Positions 47,838-52,918 of a stretch of 52,918 nucleotides of DNA are shown here, piece by piece. The stretch lies in the NCBI GenBank assembly GCA_964434935.1, contig CAYSWS010000005.1, forward strand, positions 1 to 52,918, written 5' to 3'. Position 1 is the first letter of the stretch, and each line of letters opens with the position of its first letter. Both the position numbers and the translations under genes were made by a program. The DNA is from an uncultured Candidatus Saccharibacteria bacterium (GTDB lineage: Bacteria > Patescibacteriota > WWE3 > UBA101185 > UBA10185). The notes below the pieces were generated by a model. It made no database searches and was not told the DNA's origin. It saw only the letters and a program-made list of their open reading frames with translations.

Positions 47838-48251
47838 ATGAAGGACATTGTGGTTGTTGTGGGCGAGGACCCAACCTTTTTAATGAATGTAAATGACTCC
47901 ATTATGCAGTCTGTTGAGAACGTTACTGTTACCTGTCACGTACCGGATAAATCTCACAAAATTCCCACAGACGCCAGCGTGTTCGTGGTGGATTTTAATA
48001 TGGGAGATATCTCTGGAGTGGATGTTGTCCACAAGATCAGAGAAGAAAACAAAGAAGCGCACATCATAATGTGGGGACTTTCACTGGATCATGACGGCAG
48101 CGAAATGATTTCCTGCTTTGGTCCTAAGGGCAATAGCCTAGCTAATGAGATCATCGATAAATATGTTGAGAACATTGGCGTGGTTGTAAGATCCGCCCTA
48201 AGGTCTATGTCGAAGAGATCACCAAAATTGTTTTCAACTGTTCCGTCGTAG
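47838..48251 (+). CDS. degenerate receiver (REC) domain protein
   Basis: IVVVVGED..VFVVDFNMGDISGVDVV.KIRE..IIM; AGGAG upstream, hairpin downstream. Confidence 0.6.
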   Translation: MKDIVVVVGEDPTFLMNVNDSIMQSVENVTVTCHVPDKSHKIPTDASVFVVDFNMGDISGVDVVHKIREENKEAHIIMWGLSLDHDGSEMISCFGPKGNSLANEIIDKYVENIGVVVRSALRSMSKRSPKLFSTVPS

Positions 48252-48266
48252 CTTTTTCTGTCTCAC

Positions 48267-48313
48267 ATACCCTCCGGGAATTAAGCAATAATCATTCCGG
48301 AGGGTATAATTTT
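48267..48313 (+). terminator. hairpin terminator overlapping the nth -10 box
   Basis: ATACCCTCCGG...CCGGAGGGTAT then AATTTTT. Confidence 0.6.
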
Positions 48314-48316
48314 TAT

Positions 48317-48952
48317 ATGAACAAAAAACAAAGAGCAGAAGAAGTAGCTAAATTACTAAAAAAAGAACACCCCCAACCCAAAACAGAACTCATCCATAAC
48401 AGCGAAACAGAGCTGGTAGTGGCGGTAATGCTGTCGGCACAAACCACGGATATCAAAGTAAATGAGGTCACCAAAGAACTGTTTAAAAAATATAAAACTT
48501 GGGAAGATTATGCGGCGGCGGACCCGCAGGAGCTTCGAACAATTATCAAGCAAGTCAATTTTTATATAGGCAAGGCGGACAGGATCGTCAAAGCAGCCAA
48601 AACCATCTTGGCGGATTTTCACGGCCAATTGCCCAGGGATATAAAAAACCTGGTGAAAATACCCGGTATAGCCAGAAAAAGCGCCAACGTGATTCAGCAG
48701 GAGCTCTGGGGCCTATCCGAAGGCATAGTGGTGGACACGCACGTTACCCGGGTAAGCAACCGCTTAGGATTAACCCAGCAAAAGGACGCTGTGAAGATAG
48801 AAAAAGAGCTCATGGAGGTGTTTCCTAAAGATAGCTGGAGAAACGTCTCCGGAGCACTGGTCATGCATGGCCGGTATGTTTGTAAGGCCAGAAAGCCTGA
48901 TTGTGAGAATTGTATCTTGAATAAGGTTTGCCCTTCGGCCTTTGAGGTCTAG
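48317..48952 (+). CDS. nth: endonuclease III
   Basis: LVVAVMLSAQTTD..VN, HhH IPGIARKSAN, VDTHV.RV..RLG, C-x6-C-x2-C-x5-C [4Fe-4S] motif. Confidence 0.95.
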   Translation: MNKKQRAEEVAKLLKKEHPQPKTELIHNSETELVVAVMLSAQTTDIKVNEVTKELFKKYKTWEDYAAADPQELRTIIKQVNFYIGKADRIVKAAKTILADFHGQLPRDIKNLVKIPGIARKSANVIQQELWGLSEGIVVDTHVTRVSNRLGLTQQKDAVKIEKELMEVFPKDSWRNVSGALVMHGRYVCKARKPDCENCILNKVCPSAFEV

Positions 48953-48965
48953 CATCATCCCGTGG

Positions 48966-50009
48966 TTATTCCGGAATTAGTTTGGACATTTCGTCAGAGA
49001 GTTTGTTGATCATGATGCTGGCCCTAGATGGGGCGCCCTCGCTTGTGTATGTCCACAAACCCACATCCCTCAATCTCAGCCTGAACTCAAAAGATTCTCC
49101 GGCCTTTATGATAAATGGCTCTGCCAATTCGGGGTAGTCCTGCTTTAATTGAACAAAAGTAATATCCTCGTTGGAGTTGTTGGTCCATCTAATGACCTGA
49201 CCAGCATAAGCCTGGGCATTTCTGGGTTTGAAGTTTCCGTCCACGAATTCAATTTCCTTGGTGCCAAACCTATCATCGACTGCATTGTAAACCTCGGTAT
49301 ATTGCTGTTGCAGAGCTGTGTCTTCCTCAACTTGTTTCTGCTCCTTAAGTTCGACCACATCTATCTTTTTACTGGCTAGCTCTTGTTCGACCTGATATCT
49401 AAGATCTTCAGGACCCGTAACCTCAAGCTGCCTACCGTTCAAAAAGAAGGTAGGTGTAGCATTTATACCGATCCTGTTACCATAGCTGACGTCTTCCTGC
49501 ACCTGATTCTTTACACCCTGGTCATTGTAGTCCTGTCTGAACTTTTCCAAGTCCATGCCTAAAAGATCCGCATATCTGACAAAATCTCCTTCCTCAAAAT
49601 TTTCTGGATTTTCATATAAAATATCAATGAATTCCCAAAACTTTCCCTGGTTGCCGGCGGCTTGGGCGGCTTGGGCGGCTTGGTCGGAGTTCTTGTGTTG
49701 AGGCAGAGGGAAATTTCTGATAGCCCACCTGAGTTGTTCAGGGTAGGTATTGGAGAGCTCTTTGACGGTGGGATGATAAGCTCGACAGGCCGGACAGCCA
49801 AAATCGGTGAATTCGACCAGAGTAACCTTAGCACCGAAAGGCCCCTTGATATTGGTGTGATCGGAAATTAGTTCCTGCTGATCGGTTTCTATGAGTTCTG
49901 GAGTGGTGGGAGGTTTTAGCTGGGCGGTCAAAATGATGAATAAGAAAACGCCCAGAGTGAGCATGCCAATAAAAAGAACAGGCTTATTTCTTTGGAATAA
50001 ATCTTTCAT
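48966..50009 (-). CDS. DsbA-family oxidoreductase with C-terminal cupredoxin-like domain
   Basis: VTLVEFTDFGCPAC, FPL, GINATPTFFLNG; C-terminal F.P......GQVIRWTN..AGESFEF...G.WTY. Confidence 0.8.
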   Translation of the reverse strand: MKDLFQRNKPVLFIGMLTLGVFLFIILTAQLKPPTTPELIETDQQELISDHTNIKGPFGAKVTLVEFTDFGCPACRAYHPTVKELSNTYPEQLRWAIRNFPLPQHKNSDQAAQAAQAAGNQGKFWEFIDILYENPENFEEGDFVRYADLLGMDLEKFRQDYNDQGVKNQVQEDVSYGNRIGINATPTFFLNGRQLEVTGPEDLRYQVEQELASKKIDVVELKEQKQVEEDTALQQQYTEVYNAVDDRFGTKEIEFVDGNFKPRNAQAYAGQVIRWTNNSNEDITFVQLKQDYPELAEPFIIKAGESFEFRLRLRDVGLWTYTSEGAPSRASIMINKLSDEMSKLIPE

Positions 50010-50022
50010 ACTCCTTAAGGTT

Positions 50023-50985
50023 TTACATTACTTTGGTCAGTTTTTCAAGTTGGTCCTTAGTTTTAAGGCCGTGCACAGCTCCAATCTCCCTGATAACAAA
50101 AGAAGAATTGACCAAACCCCAATATAAAGCTTCCTTGAGGTCCTTGCCGTAAAAAAGCGCCGAAACAAAACTGGCGGCAAATGAATCTCCGGCGCCTGTT
50201 TTGTCCGTTACCGGTTTGTCTATTTTGTAGGCTGGAGCTTGTATAAGTTCCCGTCCATCATGAGCTGAGGCTCCGGCATTACCTTCCGTGATGACGGTTA
50301 GTTTTGGTCCCAAGGCTTGCAGTTTTTTATGAAGTTCCTCCAGCTCACCCTCACCCACGAATGTTATAGCCTCATCTTTGTTCACGAAGAGCACATGGGA
50401 CACACCCAGCATATTCTTTATAGATGGCAAACCTGCCCTGACATGATAGGTACCGGGATTAAAGGCCACTCCTATATCGGGATTGGCTTTAAGATAGACC
50501 ACCAACTCTTCCTGAAAGTGTTCGAACCCGGGGCCGACCGAAGTGTAGTAAAGCCATCTGGGCTTAGGCCAGCTCTGCACTTGATAGGGACGCTTTTCGT
50601 GGTGGGAGAAGATGGTCCTTTCCCCGTTGTACACGATCACGGGATGGATGCCGGTGAGAGAATCTTTATCCTTGCGCATAAAAGATGTGTCGATGCCGTT
50701 TTCGGTCAGTTCGCTCATGATGCGGTCAGCTTCCTCATCGTCTCCCGTTTCCGCATAGACCGCCGCCTGCAAGCCCAGCTTGGTAGCTGCCATAGAGACG
50801 TTGACGGCATTGCCGGCAATATTACTTCTTACACTTTTTACCGGGATCTTGCTGCCGTGATAAAAGCAGATCCGGGGATGTTCCGGATTTTTGTCATCGG
50901 AAAGTTCACTGCCCTCAACCTTCATGTAAAGGTCAATGCAGACGTCCCCTATGGTGAGTATATCTATGGAATTACTTTTTACCAC
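50023..50985 (-). CDS. PfkB family carbohydrate kinase
   Basis: AGNAVN.S....KLG, NGERTI, FVNKDEA, DKTGAGDSFA. Confidence 0.92.
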   Translation of the reverse strand: MVKSNSIDILTIGDVCIDLYMKVEGSELSDDKNPEHPRICFYHGSKIPVKSVRSNIAGNAVNVSMAATKLGLQAAVYAETGDDEEADRIMSELTENGIDTSFMRKDKDSLTGIHPVIVYNGERTIFSHHEKRPYQVQSWPKPRWLYYTSVGPGFEHFQEELVVYLKANPDIGVAFNPGTYHVRAGLPSIKNMLGVSHVLFVNKDEAITFVGEGELEELHKKLQALGPKLTVITEGNAGASAHDGRELIQAPAYKIDKPVTDKTGAGDSFAASFVSALFYGKDLKEALYWGLVNSSFVIREIGAVHGLKTKDQLEKLTKVM

Positions 50986-51970
50986 GGGCGGAAAGGGTCA
51001 AACTTTTTACTTGTTCGACAATATCTTTTTGCGATAACCCATGCTTTTTCAGTAGTTCCTCATAACTTCCTGATTCACCGAAAACGTCTTTCACACCCAT
51101 TTTGTGGATAAGTACTGGTGCTTTTTCCGAGAGCATTTCGGACACGGCTCCTCCCAAACCCGCCATCACTTGATGTTCTTCGACTGTGAGTACTTTTTTG
51201 GTTTTTAGGGTTGATCTCACAAGCGTGTCTTCGTCCAAGGGTTTTATGGTGTGTACATTGATGACCTCAACTCCTATTTTGTGCTTTAATTCAAGCTCCC
51301 TGGCCGCTTTTAAGGCTTCGTAGATAATGGGGCCGCTGGAAATTAGCGTTACATCCTCGCCTTTTTTAAGAACTTGTGCTTTGCCAACCTCAAAAGGCGT
51401 GTTTTTTGTGGTAAAGATAGGGGATTCTTGTCGAAAAAACCTTAGATAAACAGGTCCTTTGATCTCAGCTGCGGCAAACACAGCTTTTTGGGCCTGATGG
51501 TAGTCAGCTGGACAAATGACCGTCATATTGGGCAGCACGCGGGTGAGGGCAATGTCTTCCAAAGCTTGATGGGTGGCGCCATCTTGGCTGGCGGACAATC
51601 CGGCATGCGTACTGGCAATTTTGACATTAGCCTCGGTGTAGCATATGGAAACCCTGATCTGTTCCCAATTCCTGCCGGGGCTAAAAACGGCAAAGGAAGT
51701 CATGAAAGGGATCTTACCGCTCAAGGCCAACCCGGCGCTTATGCCGGCCATGTTTTGTTCGGCTACGCCAACCTGCACAAATCTCCCCGTGTATTTAGCC
51801 GCAAACTTTTGTGCACGCGTGGATTCCATGAGGTCTGCTGTCAGTACTACTACGTCTTTATTTTCGGCCCCCAAGACCAGCAAACCATCTCCCAAACCGT
51901 TCCTGGTAGAGTCGGCCTTTATGTTGGCGTTAAAAATATCTGGGTTTAGTTTGAGGCTTTCGTTGAGCAT
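50972..51970 (-). CDS. transketolase, C-terminal subunit
   Basis: GVAEQNM.G.SAGLA, DGATHQALED, GPVYLR, TIKPLD, TVEEH...GLG. Confidence 0.93.
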   Translation of the reverse strand: MLNESLKLNPDIFNANIKADSTRNGLGDGLLVLGAENKDVVVLTADLMESTRAQKFAAKYTGRFVQVGVAEQNMAGISAGLALSGKIPFMTSFAVFSPGRNWEQIRVSICYTEANVKIASTHAGLSASQDGATHQALEDIALTRVLPNMTVICPADYHQAQKAVFAAAEIKGPVYLRFFRQESPIFTTKNTPFEVGKAQVLKKGEDVTLISSGPIIYEALKAARELELKHKIGVEVINVHTIKPLDEDTLVRSTLKTKKVLTVEEHQVMAGLGGAVSEMLSEKAPVLIHKMGVKDVFGESGSYEELLKKHGLSQKDIVEQVKSLTLSARGKK

Positions 51971-52500
51971 TAATTACATTCCTTAACTTGTTTGACCCTT
52001 TCGAACTCAACCTTCATGCCGGTAATATCAACAGCTACCAGATCCACAGCCACATTCTTGTTTTCCACTATTTCACAAGTACTACCCGGCTCTGTTTCTT
52101 GGATGGAAACCAGCAGCGTGTTCTTATCCTTATCCTCGTAAAGTTTTCTTATCTTTATACCTACGCCTTCTGCGTCATTGGTGTCGGTAGAAACCCCCAG
52201 CAGCATTTCCCGGTTGAAATCAATGTCTTCCCGCACTGTGAGATAGCCTGATTCGTCCACATAATTTAAGAATTGGATCAACTCTTCTTCGCTGGTGATG
52301 ACCGCACGCTGCTTTTCCAGATACTTATCCGTGTAAGCCACAGTGGGAAAGCCGTTTATGCGCCTGACCTCAAGCTTTTTATTCAATTTAAAAAGCTCAT
52401 TATCACTTAAAAAGACAAAATAGATGAGGATCAAAAGTCCCATGAGAATGAAAAGCGGAATGAGATTTATTTTTTTGCCGTTTGGTTTATTCGTAGACAT
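51970..52500 (-). CDS. membrane-anchored hypothetical protein
   Basis: N-terminal TM helix; IDF..E.LL.V...G.KI..L......L.V....PG..C resembles PrcB C-terminal-like domains. Confidence 0.65.
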   Translation of the reverse strand: MSTNKPNGKKINLIPLFILMGLLILIYFVFLSDNELFKLNKKLEVRRINGFPTVAYTDKYLEKQRAVITSEEELIQFLNYVDESGYLTVREDIDFNREMLLGVSTDTNDAEGVGIKIRKLYEDKDKNTLLVSIQETEPGSTCEIVENKNVAVDLVAVDITGMKVEFERVKQVKECN

Positions 52501-52918
52501 CGGATATTTTTCCTTTCAGAGTTCTAAGTTGTTTTAAGGCTTGGGCGGCCTCTTTTTTGCTTGGAGGTTTGCCGTGCCACTCAAATTTATTCTCCATGAA
52601 TTCTACGCCTTTTCCCGGTATGGTGTGGGCGATAATAGCGGTTGGTCTTTGGCTGACTGATTTAGCCATTTGGCAGGCGTTTATTATTTCTTCTATGTTG
52701 TGCCCGTCGATCTCCAGCACGAACCAGTTGAAGGCTTCCAGTTTATCCCGCAGGTTTTCCAGGGGCATGATGTCTTCGGTGTAACCGTCAATTTGTATGT
52801 TATTTCTGTCGATGATCCAGGTGAGCTTATTTAATTTATTATTGGGCGCGAACATGGCTGCTTCCCAGATCTGACCTTCGTTGAGCTCGCCGTCACTGGT
52901 GAGGCAATAGGTTCGGTA
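52487..52918 (-). CDS. transketolase, N-terminal subunit (5' end outside the window)
   Basis: SDGELNEGQIWEA, IIDRN.IQIDG, IDGHN, HTIPGKGV.FME...WHG. Confidence 0.93.
   Translation of the reverse strand, partial: YRTYCLTSDGELNEGQIWEAAMFAPNNKLNKLTWIIDRNNIQIDGYTEDIMPLENLRDKLEAFNWFVLEIDGHNIEEIINACQMAKSVSQRPTAIIAHTIPGKGVEFMENKFEWHGKPPSKKEAAQALKQLRTLKGKISDVYE

Noticed and set aside
50317-51111. 264-aa plus-strand ORF and other short antisense ORFs in the track
   Set aside because: They lie opposite well-supported genes and carry no motifs.

Overview
Chromosomal window from a small-genome bacterium, most likely CPR/Patescibacteria (inferred from split transketolase, stand-alone 5'-3' exonuclease, tRNA-Ile(UAU), widespread SD-less genes and many short membrane or secreted hypotheticals). 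Housekeeping content: manC, mscL, dnaG-rpoD, pgi, two glycoside hydrolases, msrA, hppA, mscS, an ArsR-sufCBDSU operon, hpf, a Xer-family recombinase, ftsB-like, trpS, ftsH, nth, pfkB, transketolase and five tRNAs. The standout is at 32.3-34.1 kb: four direct repeats of a 28-bp 11-6-11 dif/Xer-like site (GCTCCCCATAC-AGAACT-TTATCCGAA..) separate three 0.5-0.74 kb single-gene cassettes. Each cassette has a conserved arm carrying its own sigma70 promoter, an SD, one unrelated ORF, a hairpin terminator and a conserved tail, so the locus resembles an integron-like cassette array built on a different kind of site. Other notable items: similar promoter-SD-ORFan-hairpin units scattered through the window; a ~400-nt structured transcription unit without a convincing ORF; a Xer recombinase lacking two catalytic residues; an ArmA/Rmt-like 16S rRNA methyltransferase homologue; an S41 peptidase with a J-like domain in place of PDZ; and tRNA-derived repeats upstream of two tRNAs. 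All calls come from reading motifs by eye; no searches were run.
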